A stretch of 64,000 nt of DNA from Deltaproteobacteria bacterium (GCA_033763315.1 JANRKS010000027.1:32001-96000), one strand, 5' to 3'. Counted from the stretch's first letter, positions 1-10,434 are shown. Notes: a model not told the origin generated them from the letters alone. Numbers and translations are program-made.

Positions 1-1
1 G

Positions 2-220
2 GCGCCGCTTAACGACGGCATGAGCTTCTTTCGTGCGGCCTTGGCTGAAAAAGTCATCACAGTGCCAGGTGAGTTTTTCGACGTGAATCCCGGCAAGCGG
101 CGCAGCGGCCAGCACTCGCGCTTTCGCTCGTATGTCAGGTTCTCGTTTGGGCCCGAACGAGCTCAGCTTGAAAAAGCTCTTGATCGTTTAGATGCCCTGG
201 TCGCGCGCGTTTCGTCATAA
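2..220 (+). CDS. PLP-dependent aminotransferase class I/II, C-terminal fragment (5' truncated by window)
   Basis: Frame open from window start; 'VITVPGEFF...YVRFSFG...LEKALDRL' is the typical fold-type I C-terminus. Confidence 0.75.
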   Translation, partial: APLNDGMSFFRAALAEKVITVPGEFFDVNPGKRRSGQHSRFRSYVRFSFGPERAQLEKALDRLDALVARVSS

Positions 221-247
221 CTTTTTGTTCAACGCCGGCGCCAGCCG

Positions 248-263
248 TGGCACGCGTGTTGCT
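248..263 (+). promoter_or_regulatory. sigma54 (-24/-12) promoter
   Basis: TGGCAC-GCGTG-TTGCT, consensus TGGCAC-N5-TTGCW, intergenic, ATG at 276. Confidence 0.8.
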
Positions 264-275
264 GCTGTTTTGCGC

Positions 276-518
276 ATGGTAAACGCAAATCAAATCAAAC
301 CGCACACGCCCGTCGTTTGTTCAAACAACGGGCAATTCGCCGAAGTCGATCACGTCGAAGGCACCACCAGCATCAAGCTTAAGCGCGATGACAGTGGCCA
401 ACACCATTATATTCCGTTGAGTTGGGTCACTTTCGTGGACGACAAGGTGCACGTGGATCGCCCCGGTGAGCAGGCGATGCAGGAGTGGAGCAACCAACCT
501 CCGTCAGGAAACGCATAA
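276..518 (+). CDS. DUF2171 family protein
   Basis: MVNANQIKPHTPVVCSNNGQFAEVDHVEG...IKL.RDDSGQHHYIPLSWV pattern; start moved from 192 to ATG 276. Confidence 0.8.
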   Translation: MVNANQIKPHTPVVCSNNGQFAEVDHVEGTTSIKLKRDDSGQHHYIPLSWVTFVDDKVHVDRPGEQAMQEWSNQPPSGNA

Positions 519-558
519 CGGTTTCAACATACAGCACCGTTACGTCAAGCCCTCTTAA

Positions 559-855
559 GTGCGGGCGAGTTACGTGACGGTGCGATCGGATTGTTCATTG
601 TTCGCGGCAATTGTTGGTTGGGCCAGTTCGGCCATCTTGTGCGGTACGCTCATCGCACAGGTTTATAAGCAATGGAAGGCAAAGCGCGCCGCGGGCGTAT
701 CGCCTTGGCTGTACGTCGGGCAAACGGCGACATCGGCCGGTTTCGTCACATACAGCGCCCTCAGAGGCGATATGGTTTTCATCGTGACCAACAGCGTTTT
801 GCTGGTGGTGGCCTTGGTAGGTGTGTGGATCGATCGACGCTCACACAAGACGTAA
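559..855 (+). CDS. PQ-loop/SemiSWEET-like small membrane protein (start may be TTG 598)
   Basis: Three hydrophobic helices; 'QVYKQW...GVS.WL', 'F..YS......FIVTN'. Confidence 0.7.
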   Translation: MRASYVTVRSDCSLFAAIVGWASSAILCGTLIAQVYKQWKAKRAAGVSPWLYVGQTATSAGFVTYSALRGDMVFIVTNSVLLVVALVGVWIDRRSHKT

Positions 856-856
856 G

Positions 857-1465
857 CTACGGCGGCATCCACTTGGCGCCGGTCTCACAATCCACGTGCC
901 AAAGCCGCAGTTGAGCGGGCGTCAGCTCAAGCACGCCAAACGCGATCGGCAGCGCAAACCGACGCGGCCCGATCGAGCCCGGGTTGAAGATCGTAAGGCC
1001 TTTGTCCACGCCAATGAAGGGCACGTGGGAGTGGCCGCATACAACGATCTGGGCGTGCTTTTGTGTGGCCGCACGTGCAGCGTCAGCGCGCAGCTTCGGG
1101 CCATTGACACCAATATGCAGCAGCAGGAGGCGCGCAAGGGGTGCCTCGCCCTCCCCCGCTCCCAAGTCGATGGCGAGGTGATCTGGCAACGACGGTGCGT
1201 GACCATCGATGTTGCCCCGCACAGCAAGCACGGGCGCGATCTGCGCCAGCTGCTCAAGCACATCTAGATCGCCGATGTCTCCCGCGTGCAAGATCGCCTC
1301 GGGTTTGTGTGACGCTATCAGTGCCGCGCTGTTGGGGTGCGGCTGGCTGTGCGTGTCCGCGACAACCACCAGGCGCAGACCGCCGTCGGCACGGCAAGGC
1401 ACGCTCGCCTGCTTTTCGAGCAGCGGCGCGCCACCGCCCCAGGCGCTCTTGCGTGCGTAAGCCAT
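857..1465 (-). CDS. Calcineurin-like metallophosphoesterase (YfcE/MJ0936 family)
   Basis: Motifs DTH, HAGD, RGNID, GHSH, NPGS. Confidence 0.9.
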   Translation of the reverse strand: MAYARKSAWGGGAPLLEKQASVPCRADGGLRLVVVADTHSQPHPNSAALIASHKPEAILHAGDIGDLDVLEQLAQIAPVLAVRGNIDGHAPSLPDHLAIDLGAGEGEAPLARLLLLHIGVNGPKLRADAARAATQKHAQIVVCGHSHVPFIGVDKGLTIFNPGSIGPRRFALPIAFGVLELTPAQLRLWHVDCETGAKWMPP

Positions 1466-1641
1466 CGCGAGACACTAGGCGGTGGCCAGATCCGGTGCAA
1501 GCAACGGCGCCGCTGCTCTCGACGGGCGCTGGACGGCGTGAGCATGCTGCCGGACATCGGGCGACATGTGGGCAAACTCTTTTTACGTTCACATAAATAT
1601 CAGCATAAAGAATGTAATGAATATAACCGAGTTTATTATGC

Positions 1642-4600
1642 ATGAAGTTCGGGGCCCGTGGGCGGTCGCTCGGGAGCGCGTGGATTGCGCTGATCCTCGG
1701 ACTTTTGTCTACGGCGTGCGGCGACAACAGGGGCCCTGAATCTGTTCACCGGGCCCTTCCCAACCGCAACGTCCTGCAAACCTCAGATGGCGTGCAGTAC
1801 CAAGCACACGAAGTGATCGTGAAGCCTGCGGCAGGGTTGGCGGCAACCGATTTGGATCCTTTGCTCGCATCCATGGGCGCGTCTCGCTCGCAAGAAGCGG
1901 TGGATCCCGCGTGGCCCTATCTCAAAATTCAGTTGCCCGCGAGCATGACGGCGGATGAAGCCATCGTGCAGTTACGTGCGGCTGGGCTCGTGCAAAGCGC
2001 CGAACGAAATTTTATCATCATGCCGTTTGCGAACGCGGTCACGCCGAACGATCCGCGCTTCGGTGAGCTGTGGGGCTTGAAGAAGATCCAAGCGCCAGAA
2101 GCGTGGTCGTTCGGCACGGGCTCGGCCACCATTGTGGTGGGCATCAGCGACACAGGCGTTGATTACAACCACCCTGACCTTGCCGCGAACATTTGGACCA
2201 ACCCCGGTGAGATTGCCGGCAATGGTAAAGACGATGACAACAACGGCTATGTCGATGACGTGCGCGGTTGGGATTGGTTAAACAACGACAACGATCCCAT
2301 GGACGATCACGGACACGGCACACACGTCTCCGGCACGATCGGCGCCGTGGGCAACGAGGGTGTGGGCGTGGCAGGCATCAACTGGCGCGTAAAGCTTGTG
2401 CCTTTGCGCTTCTTGGGAAGCTCGGGCGGCACGCTGTGGGCAGGCGCGCAAACGATCTTGTATGCCGCAAAAATCAAAGCGCGTGTGTTGAACGCCAGCT
2501 GGGGTTGCAGCGGGCCGTCTTGTTACTCGTCGTATCTAGAAGATGCGATCAAGCAGCTCAACACGGCGGGCGGATTGTTCGCCGCCGCGGCAGGCAACAA
2601 TTACGGCAACAACAACGACAGCTATCCCACGTATCCAGCGAACTACGATGTGGCAAACGTGCTGGTGGTGGCGGCCACCGATAGCAACGACAACCTGGCC
2701 AACTTCTCGAACTATGGGCCCACGAAGGTGCACATCGCCGCCCCTGGGGTCAGCATCTTGAGCAGCCTTCCCGGCAACAAATACGCGGCGTGGAACGGCA
2801 CCTCGATGGCCACGCCGCATGTGGCGGGGGTGGCCGCGTTGATCCTCTCGAATCAGCCAAACCTCACCGTGGCGCAGCTGCGAGACAAAATCTTGAGCAC
2901 CGCCGATAAGGTTAGCGCGCTGACCGGCAAGGTATCGTCAGGCGCGCGGCTCAACGCTCAAAAGGCTGTGTTTGCCGACAATGTGCCGTCCGCCGTGCCC
3001 GCCAACCTCAAAGCCACGCCCGGTGTGCGTAACGATGTCACTGTGACGTTCGATGCGGTGGCCGACGCTGACGTGGCCGCGTACCGCGTGTTCTGGGGCA
3101 CCACGAGCTTGGCGTATACGGAGCAACGCGATCTCGCAATCGATCAAACCCAGCTCTATCTCAGCGGTCTGCCAGCGGGAAAAACTCACTTCTTCACCGT
3201 GCAAGCGATCGATCGCGCCGGCAACGCCAGCGCCAAGGCTCCTGAAGTCTCGGCAGGCATTGTGGATGCCACGCCACCGCCGCAAGTGATCGACTTGCAA
3301 GCCAACACGATCCCCGGCAACCCCGCTTTGGTGCACGTCTCAACCGCAAGCGGGCAGTTCTCGTCGTATTGGGCGGCGTCGTTTGCAGCCGATGGCAACA
3401 TCGATACAGCGTGGGTGTCACCCGGGCGTTTTGTGCCACAAGAAGAGTCCATCGTGGTGGCCCTTGAATCGCCGTACATGATCGATCGTGTCGAGCTCAC
3501 ACCACCGCCCGCCTACCCCCAGTTCTTCCCCATCGACTTCGACATTGATGTGTCGCCTGACGGCCAAGATTGGACCACCGTGGGCGGCATGCGCAATGCG
3601 AAGGTGGGCGCAGGCCAAACGCTGCCCATCTTCTTCCCCGGCACGTTCGCCGCGGCCGTGCGTGTGCGTGTGTTGACGTCGCGGGTTCACGACTCGGGAC
3701 TATCTTATGCTGGCATCGCAGAGATCGCGGTGCGTGAGATGTCATCAAACCCTGACGGCATCGAGTTGCGGTTCACCGCCCCCGGTGACGATCCCGGCAG
3801 CGGCGCGGCCACAACCTATGAGCTGCGGTATTCGACAAGCCCCATCACAGAGAGCAACTTCAGCGCCGCCACGCGCGTGAACACGTCGCAGCCCGCCGTC
3901 TCGGGCTTGACAGAGATCGTTTCGGTGGCCGGCATGGCGGGCGAAAGCGGCTACTACTTTGCCGTGCGCGCGATCGACGACGGCAACAATGTTTCGCCGC
4001 TCTCGAACGTGGCTCACACGCAGCCCCTCACGATTCCGCCCGGTGGCATCAATGATCTTCGCCAAAGCGATGGCGGGCCCACGTGGGTGAAACTTTCGTG
4101 GACCGCGCCCGGCGGTGACGGCGCCTTGGGCCGCGCGGCAAACTATGAGATTCGAATGTCTTCGGAGCCCATCACGCCTGGCAACTTCGGCGCGGCGCCA
4201 TTGCTGCCAAACCTGCCCTTGCCCAGCGTCTCTGGCACCACCGACAACTACGTTGTGGAGAATCTGCAGGCCAACGTGGTGTATTACGTCGCGGCGCGTG
4301 CGTTCGATGCGCAAGGCACTGTGGGGCCCGTATCGAACGTGGTGACGCTGCGGCTGGAGACGACGCCCGACACCACGCCGCCAGCGATCATCAAAGAGCT
4401 GCAAGTTTATCCCTCGCAAGCGCAGCGCAAACTTTCTATGGTTGCCGAGTCTTCGTCATCGTCGCTTTCAACATCGCTTATCGCCAGCCGGTTGGTGGAT
4501 GGCAACATCGATACGGCGTGGGTGGCCACGTCAGAGGCACTCGACACGCCCGCGTGGGTGGTGTTCGATCTTGGCAGCACAACAGCGCTCACACGCGTGC

Positions 4601-7600
4601 GCATGAACCCGGGCCTGACGTCATCGAACCTGGCCGCTTACCCGCAGGCATTCGAATGGCAAGCGAGTGCCGACAAACAAAACTGGGTGGCCCTGGCGCA
4701 AGTTCAAGATTACAAGGGCCGGCTTGGCGAGTGGGACGAATGGAGCTTTGCCCCCACAAGCACACGTTATCTGCGGCTATGGATCAGCAAACGCGGCGTC
4801 GCGGGCGGCGTGGGTCCGCAATATGTGTGGTTGGGCGAAGTGGAGGCTTATGCGCTAACCCCTGAGCTGGAGGTGGATCTGACTTGGCTCGCGCCCGGCG
4901 ATGACGATTATGTGGGCACGGCCACACGATATGATTTGCGCGTCGGCAACGGCCACATCACGGAGGCGACTTTTGCTTCGGCCACGCCGGTTACCACGGG
5001 AGTGCCCCGCCAAGGCGGCAACATCGAAGTGCTGCATTTGCCACCGTTGCAGCGCGAAGCCCTGCAGTGCTTTCGATTGACCGCCACCGACAACGCCAAC
5101 AACACAAGTGGCCTATCGAACGAAGCGTGCCTGCAAACGCCGGGCATTCCGCCCGCACCCACGTCTGATCTCGCGGCCTCGAGCGTGTCACGCAACGCCG
5201 TGACGTTGACGTGGACCGCCACGGGGGACGACGGCTTGCTTGGCACCGCATCAGCTTATGAGCTGCGCTATAGCACGCAGTTCATCACACCCGATCGATG
5301 GAACTTGGCTTCGGCGTTCGCGGTGGATGCGCCTCGTGCGCCCGGCAGCAAAGAAACCGCCACGGTGACAGGGCTTGCTTCCAACACCACGTATTACTTT
5401 GCAGTCAAAGTTGTGGACGATATGGGCAACCGCTCGCTCGTATCGAACGTGGTTTCGGCACAAACGTTAGATGGCATGACTCCTGCGGGTGTGGTGGATC
5501 TTTCCGCCAAAGTTGTAACCAGTGAACAGACGGCGCCCGCCGCGGCCACGCTGCTGGAATCCACGGGCGCCTATTCATCACAAACCAAAGGCGACAACGT
5601 ATTGGATGGCGATGTCAACACAGCGTGGATCTCCGCGGCACGCGCCGCCATCACAGAGGAGTCGCTGCGTGTTGGGTTCGCCAGCGCCAAGGCAATCGGC
5701 AAAGTTCGGCTGCGCGCGGCACCTGGCTATGTGGATCTGTTCCCCGTAGATTTCCGCGTGGAAACCCGCCCCGACGCCACAAGCGAATGGACCCCGGTTA
5801 TTTCCGAAACGGGATTCACTTCCGCGGGTGACTGGGAAGAATGGGCCATCGGACGCGCCACCGCGCTTGAGGTGCGCTTGGTGGTCACGAAGACGAAGAC
5901 GTGGGCTGGCGCTTACTACACGGCTTTAGGTGAACTGGAAATTTACGAAGACGGCGGCGACAGCACCCGTTTGCAACTGACGTGGACGGCCACGGGCGAC
6001 GACGGCACTGTGGGCAAGGCAACAAGTTACGATGTTCGTCGTGCAAGCAGCAGCATTACGGCCGCTTCATTCACTGCGGCCACGCGTTTAACCGGCGCCC
6101 CCACGCCGCGCACCAGCGGATCGCTCGAGCGCATGGATGCCACAGGGCTTACGCCACGCACGCAGCATTGCTTCGCGCTCACCGCCACGGATGACGTGGG
6201 CCTCACGTCGCCGATATCAAACAGCGCTTGCGCCACCACGCCAGGTTTGCCGCCTGGCACGATTTTGGATCTGTCGGTGGGCGCACTTTCAGCCAATAGC
6301 GCGGTGCTTTCCTTTACGGCCCCGGCCCAGGGCAGCAGCGCGGCCAGCCGCTATGACGTTCGCTTCTCCACCGCGCGCATCAATAGCAGCAACTGGGATC
6401 AAGCCACGCCCGCGACAGGCTTGCTTGCGCCGAAGGCACCAGGTGCCGCCGAGTCGATCACGATCAGCGGCCTTGCCGGCGTCACCACCTATTACTTCGC
6501 CGCACGCGCCGTCGATGCCGATGGGGTCAGCGGCGCGCCCTCGAACAACGCCAAAGGCCGGACGCTCGATAACATCGCGCCCTCTGCGGCGAGCGGTTTG
6601 GTGGCCACCACGGTCACAAGCGCGGGCGGCACAATTCGTGTGGCGTTCACTGCACCCGGTGACAACGGTCCCGTAGGCCAAGCGCTGCGCTACGATGTGC
6701 GCGTATCGCCGACCGACATCAATGCCAGTAACTTCGCGAACGCCACCCCGGTGGCCGCCCCAACACCCAAAGCCGGGGGTCAAACTGAAGCGTTCGACAT
6801 TTCGGGCCTTGGCGCCGAACAGTTGTATTTCGTGGCCTTGCGCGCGGTTGATGCCGCGGGCAATGTGAGCGATCTATCGAACACGGCGAGCGCGCGCACG
6901 CGCGACGAAGCTCCTTCCGCGATATCGGATCTAACGTTTACCGGCGGCAGCGGCACGCAAAACGCGTACCTCGTCTTGCAGTGGACGGCGCCCGGCGACG
7001 ACGGCAGCTTGGGCACAGCCACGGCGTATGAGATTCGCTATTCGACCACGGCGATCACGGCCTCAACGTTCGCGCAAGCGACGTTGGCGGCCGCACCGCC
7101 TTTGCCTAGCATCTCGGGCAGCAAACAAACGTACACGCTCACGGGTCTGCAACCGGGCACCAAATACTACGCAGCTATGCGCGCGGTTGACGATCGCGGC
7201 GTGGTTTCCGCGATGTCGAATGTGGCGTCGTTCAGCTTGCCCGACGAGTGGGCGCCTGACGCGATCACGGATCTCGTCGCACAAACAGGGATCTCGCGCG
7301 GCACAGTAAAGTTGACGTGGACGGCCCCCGGCGACGACGGCCGAACGGGCAAGGCAACAAAGTATGAATTGCGCTACAGCAGCTCGCCTCTGACCACGGC
7401 GAATTTCGCGGCAGGAACGCTGCTCACAGTACCCACGCCCAGCGCCGGTGGCACGGTTTCCACCACAACCCTGGGGGGCCTGCCCGATGAAACGCAGCTG
7501 TACTTCGCGATGCGTGCGCAAGACGATGGCGGCAACTGGAGCGGCGTTTCCAACAGCGCCGCCGCACGCACGCCCGACGTCGCGCCGGCGGCGATCGCAA

Positions 7601-10434
7601 ACCTAGCGGTGGTTGCACGTACCAACAGCAGCGTGACCCTCAGCTTCACGGCCCCAGGTGATGATGGCAGCGTAGGCACGGCCTCTTCCTATGCGCTGCG
7701 GTTTAGCTCGCAGCCAATCACAGACTTGCTTTTCAACACGGCCACCACGGCCGCAGCGCCGGCGCCTGCGGTGGCGGGCTCACAACAAACGGTGACGATC
7801 AGCGGCTTGCAATCAACCACCACATACTATGTGGCGATCAAAGCCACGGATGAGCGCGGCAACGTGTCAGCATTGTCGAACGTATTGGCGGCTTCGACGG
7901 TGGATGAGATCCCACCCGCAACGATCACGAACCTCGTGGCCACGACGGGCAGCGGCACGGGCACAGTTGTGCTGACGTTCACGGCCCCGGGCGACGACGG
8001 CCCGCAAGGACGCGCCACATCGTATGAGATCAGACGCTCGGAGGCTCCCGTCAACGCGGCTAACTTCGGGAGTGCAACACTTGTATCAGGTGCGCCCTCG
8101 CCCAGCATCGCCGGCGCCAGCGAAACTGTCACAGTGTCGGGGCTCAGGGGCGAAACAATTTATCACTTTGCGGTGCGCACGATCGACGACGCCAACTTGA
8201 CTGGTGGCGTTTCAAATTCGGCGAGCGCCAGCACGCGCGCTGTGCCGCCCGCCGCCGTGGTGGATCTCAAGGCTGTGGCCTCCGCCGGCGCGGCCACGCT
8301 CACCTGGACCGCGCCGGGCGACGATGGCAACGAAGGACAAGCGACGTCCTACGATCTGCGCATCAGCACGCAAACGATCACGCAGCAGAACTTTGATCAG
8401 GCCACGACCGTCCCCGCGCCCGCCCCCGCCCTGGCCGGCAGCGTGCAATCCACAAAGCTCACGGGCCTGCTTGAATCCACAACATATTACTTCGCGCTCA
8501 AGACAAAAGACGACCTTGGCACCTGGAGCGGCATTTCCAACGTACCGCAAGTGACCACGCCGGACGTGACGGCGCCCAGCGCACCGCTGAATTTGCAAGT
8601 GCGCGCGCCCGATCCGCGCGACACCACCGTGCTTCCGATCAAGGGTGAGGCGAGCTCGATCTTGGGCCCCCCTTGGAACGTGACCTATGCGGTGGACGGC
8701 AACGAGATGACTTCGTGGGCCTCTGCGGGCAGTGCGGATGACGTGGCGCGTACGTTGACCGTGGAGCTTGAAGCCACCAAAGACATAGATCGGGTGCGCT
8801 TGCTGCCTGACACGTTCTATCCAGGCTTGTTCCCGCGCGATTTCACAATCGAGGTGAGCCAAGACAAGCAAACCTGGCAAACGGTGGCGATCGAAGAAGA
8901 ATTCTCCAGCAGCACGGCGTCGTGGTTAACGTGGGGTTTTGCACCAAAAACCGCGCGTTTCGTGCGGCTTTCAACCTATGCCACCAATATCAGCGACGGC
9001 CAGCACTACGCGCTCGTGGGTGATGTGCAGACGCAAGAGGCGGATTGGACGGACGGACGGGCGATGCTCACGTGGGTGGCCCCTGGTGATGATGGCGCCA
9101 AGGGCACCGCAACCAGCTACGAGATCTACTATGCCACCACGCCGTTCGATGCCTCGTCTTTGGCCAGCGCAAAACAAGTGGTGGGGCCGCCGAAACCCGG
9201 TGCCGTGGGATCGCTGCAGTCGATGACCGCCACCGGATTGCAAGGCGAAGCCACGTACTATTGGGCGGTGCGAGCGATCGATGAAGCGGGCAACGCAGGG
9301 CCGCTCTCGAACGTTGTGGCAAGCAAAACGAACAACGTGGCCCCCGGCATCGTGAGCAACCTAACGGCGAAGACGCTGAGCGCGAACCGCGTTTCGCTCA
9401 CCTGGACAGCCCCCGGCGACGACAACCTAACCGGCAAAGCCACAAGTTATGAATTCCGATACGCGACCTACGCGCTCGGCACCCAGAACTTCCCGTTGGC
9501 CACGCTTGCCACCGGCGCGCCGGTGCCCGCCAATCCGGGCACCAGCCAAACCTTCGAGATCGCCAACCTTCTGCCAGGCAAGGTGTATCGCTTTGCGATG
9601 GTCACGCGCGACGAAGCTGGCAACACGTCATACGTGTCGAACGTGGCCGTCACCACCACCACGCGCGCGGCCGACACCACGGCGCCTGATGTGATCACAG
9701 ATTTGCAAGTGCGCTTGCCGCAAGCCGCAGGCGAGCCACTGCCGGCCACCGCCTCGGCGTCATCAAGCGCCCAGGCGCCGCAATTTCCCGCCACCGCGCT
9801 AACCGATGGCGACACCAACACAGCGTGGGCCAGCGCTGCACGCACACAAGATCAACTTGAATGGGTGCGTTTGGATCTGGGCACGAGCAAAGCAATCGAT
9901 CACGTGTCGTTGTGGCCCGCAAGCACGCAGTCGGATCTCTTCCCGCGCGGCATCGACATCGCGGTCAGCAACAACGGCTTGTCGTGGCTGGTGGTGTCGA
10001 GCCTCAAAGGCATCGTGGCGGTGGCGGGGCAACCAGTGGTGGCCGCCTTCGCCAATCAAAGCGTGCGCTACATCGAGGTGCGCGCCACCTCGCTGGCCTC
10101 TTACAGCAACGGCCTTTACTACGGCGTGATCGCCGAAGCTGAAGTGACCAGCGCGCAGGAGCCGCCTGGCACCATCTACACGTCGTTCACGTCGCCTGCC
10201 GACGATGACGCCACGGGGCGGGCCGCAAGCTACGAAATGCGCATGAGCCCGTGCCCATGGAATTACCCCGCCGCCTGGCTGTTGACCACCAGCGCACCGC
10301 AAACCGCAGGCACGCCCGAGCGTTACCGGTTCACAAACATCAGTAAGGGCGAAAAATGCATCGCGGTTCGTAGCAAGGACGCCGCCGGCAACACGAGCGC
10401 CTGGTCGGCGCCCGCCGCCTTCACGATGCCTTAA
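1642..10434 (+). CDS. Giant lipoprotein S8 subtilisin-like serine protease with 16 FN3-like and 5 discoidin (F5/8 type C-like) domains
   Basis: Lipobox LSTAC; catalytic motifs ISDTGVD, HGTHVSG, AAAGN, GTSMATPHV; 15 '[WF]TAPGDD'-type repeats plus one canonical FN3; 5 'DG...T.W' discoidin-type modules. Confidence 0.92.
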   Translation: MKFGARGRSLGSAWIALILGLLSTACGDNRGPESVHRALPNRNVLQTSDGVQYQAHEVIVKPAAGLAATDLDPLLASMGASRSQEAVDPAWPYLKIQLPASMTADEAIVQLRAAGLVQSAERNFIIMPFANAVTPNDPRFGELWGLKKIQAPEAWSFGTGSATIVVGISDTGVDYNHPDLAANIWTNPGEIAGNGKDDDNNGYVDDVRGWDWLNNDNDPMDDHGHGTHVSGTIGAVGNEGVGVAGINWRVKLVPLRFLGSSGGTLWAGAQTILYAAKIKARVLNASWGCSGPSCYSSYLEDAIKQLNTAGGLFAAAAGNNYGNNNDSYPTYPANYDVANVLVVAATDSNDNLANFSNYGPTKVHIAAPGVSILSSLPGNKYAAWNGTSMATPHVAGVAALILSNQPNLTVAQLRDKILSTADKVSALTGKVSSGARLNAQKAVFADNVPSAVPANLKATPGVRNDVTVTFDAVADADVAAYRVFWGTTSLAYTEQRDLAIDQTQLYLSGLPAGKTHFFTVQAIDRAGNASAKAPEVSAGIVDATPPPQVIDLQANTIPGNPALVHVSTASGQFSSYWAASFAADGNIDTAWVSPGRFVPQEESIVVALESPYMIDRVELTPPPAYPQFFPIDFDIDVSPDGQDWTTVGGMRNAKVGAGQTLPIFFPGTFAAAVRVRVLTSRVHDSGLSYAGIAEIAVREMSSNPDGIELRFTAPGDDPGSGAATTYELRYSTSPITESNFSAATRVNTSQPAVSGLTEIVSVAGMAGESGYYFAVRAIDDGNNVSPLSNVAHTQPLTIPPGGINDLRQSDGGPTWVKLSWTAPGGDGALGRAANYEIRMSSEPITPGNFGAAPLLPNLPLPSVSGTTDNYVVENLQANVVYYVAARAFDAQGTVGPVSNVVTLRLETTPDTTPPAIIKELQVYPSQAQRKLSMVAESSSSSLSTSLIASRLVDGNIDTAWVATSEALDTPAWVVFDLGSTTALTRVRMNPGLTSSNLAAYPQAFEWQASADKQNWVALAQVQDYKGRLGEWDEWSFAPTSTRYLRLWISKRGVAGGVGPQYVWLGEVEAYALTPELEVDLTWLAPGDDDYVGTATRYDLRVGNGHITEATFASATPVTTGVPRQGGNIEVLHLPPLQREALQCFRLTATDNANNTSGLSNEACLQTPGIPPAPTSDLAASSVSRNAVTLTWTATGDDGLLGTASAYELRYSTQFITPDRWNLASAFAVDAPRAPGSKETATVTGLASNTTYYFAVKVVDDMGNRSLVSNVVSAQTLDGMTPAGVVDLSAKVVTSEQTAPAAATLLESTGAYSSQTKGDNVLDGDVNTAWISAARAAITEESLRVGFASAKAIGKVRLRAAPGYVDLFPVDFRVETRPDATSEWTPVISETGFTSAGDWEEWAIGRATALEVRLVVTKTKTWAGAYYTALGELEIYEDGGDSTRLQLTWTATGDDGTVGKATSYDVRRASSSITAASFTAATRLTGAPTPRTSGSLERMDATGLTPRTQHCFALTATDDVGLTSPISNSACATTPGLPPGTILDLSVGALSANSAVLSFTAPAQGSSAASRYDVRFSTARINSSNWDQATPATGLLAPKAPGAAESITISGLAGVTTYYFAARAVDADGVSGAPSNNAKGRTLDNIAPSAASGLVATTVTSAGGTIRVAFTAPGDNGPVGQALRYDVRVSPTDINASNFANATPVAAPTPKAGGQTEAFDISGLGAEQLYFVALRAVDAAGNVSDLSNTASARTRDEAPSAISDLTFTGGSGTQNAYLVLQWTAPGDDGSLGTATAYEIRYSTTAITASTFAQATLAAAPPLPSISGSKQTYTLTGLQPGTKYYAAMRAVDDRGVVSAMSNVASFSLPDEWAPDAITDLVAQTGISRGTVKLTWTAPGDDGRTGKATKYELRYSSSPLTTANFAAGTLLTVPTPSAGGTVSTTTLGGLPDETQLYFAMRAQDDGGNWSGVSNSAAARTPDVAPAAIANLAVVARTNSSVTLSFTAPGDDGSVGTASSYALRFSSQPITDLLFNTATTAAAPAPAVAGSQQTVTISGLQSTTTYYVAIKATDERGNVSALSNVLAASTVDEIPPATITNLVATTGSGTGTVVLTFTAPGDDGPQGRATSYEIRRSEAPVNAANFGSATLVSGAPSPSIAGASETVTVSGLRGETIYHFAVRTIDDANLTGGVSNSASASTRAVPPAAVVDLKAVASAGAATLTWTAPGDDGNEGQATSYDLRISTQTITQQNFDQATTVPAPAPALAGSVQSTKLTGLLESTTYYFALKTKDDLGTWSGISNVPQVTTPDVTAPSAPLNLQVRAPDPRDTTVLPIKGEASSILGPPWNVTYAVDGNEMTSWASAGSADDVARTLTVELEATKDIDRVRLLPDTFYPGLFPRDFTIEVSQDKQTWQTVAIEEEFSSSTASWLTWGFAPKTARFVRLSTYATNISDGQHYALVGDVQTQEADWTDGRAMLTWVAPGDDGAKGTATSYEIYYATTPFDASSLASAKQVVGPPKPGAVGSLQSMTATGLQGEATYYWAVRAIDEAGNAGPLSNVVASKTNNVAPGIVSNLTAKTLSANRVSLTWTAPGDDNLTGKATSYEFRYATYALGTQNFPLATLATGAPVPANPGTSQTFEIANLLPGKVYRFAMVTRDEAGNTSYVSNVAVTTTTRAADTTAPDVITDLQVRLPQAAGEPLPATASASSSAQAPQFPATALTDGDTNTAWASAARTQDQLEWVRLDLGTSKAIDHVSLWPASTQSDLFPRGIDIAVSNNGLSWLVVSSLKGIVAVAGQPVVAAFANQSVRYIEVRATSLASYSNGLYYGVIAEAEVTSAQEPPGTIYTSFTSPADDDATGRAASYEMRMSPCPWNYPAAWLLTTSAPQTAGTPERYRFTNISKGEKCIAVRSKDAAGNTSAWSAPAAFTMP

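Noticed and set aside
3760-10260. Recurring ACGGCCCCCGGCGACGAC-like DNA as a CRISPR or DNA repeat array
   Set aside because: In-frame coding repeats about 300 nt or more apart with synonymous variation; no cas genes
10431-10434. 4-nt overlap of convergent stop codons (also 56430-56433)
   Set aside because: Common in compact bacterial genomes; no special meaning evident
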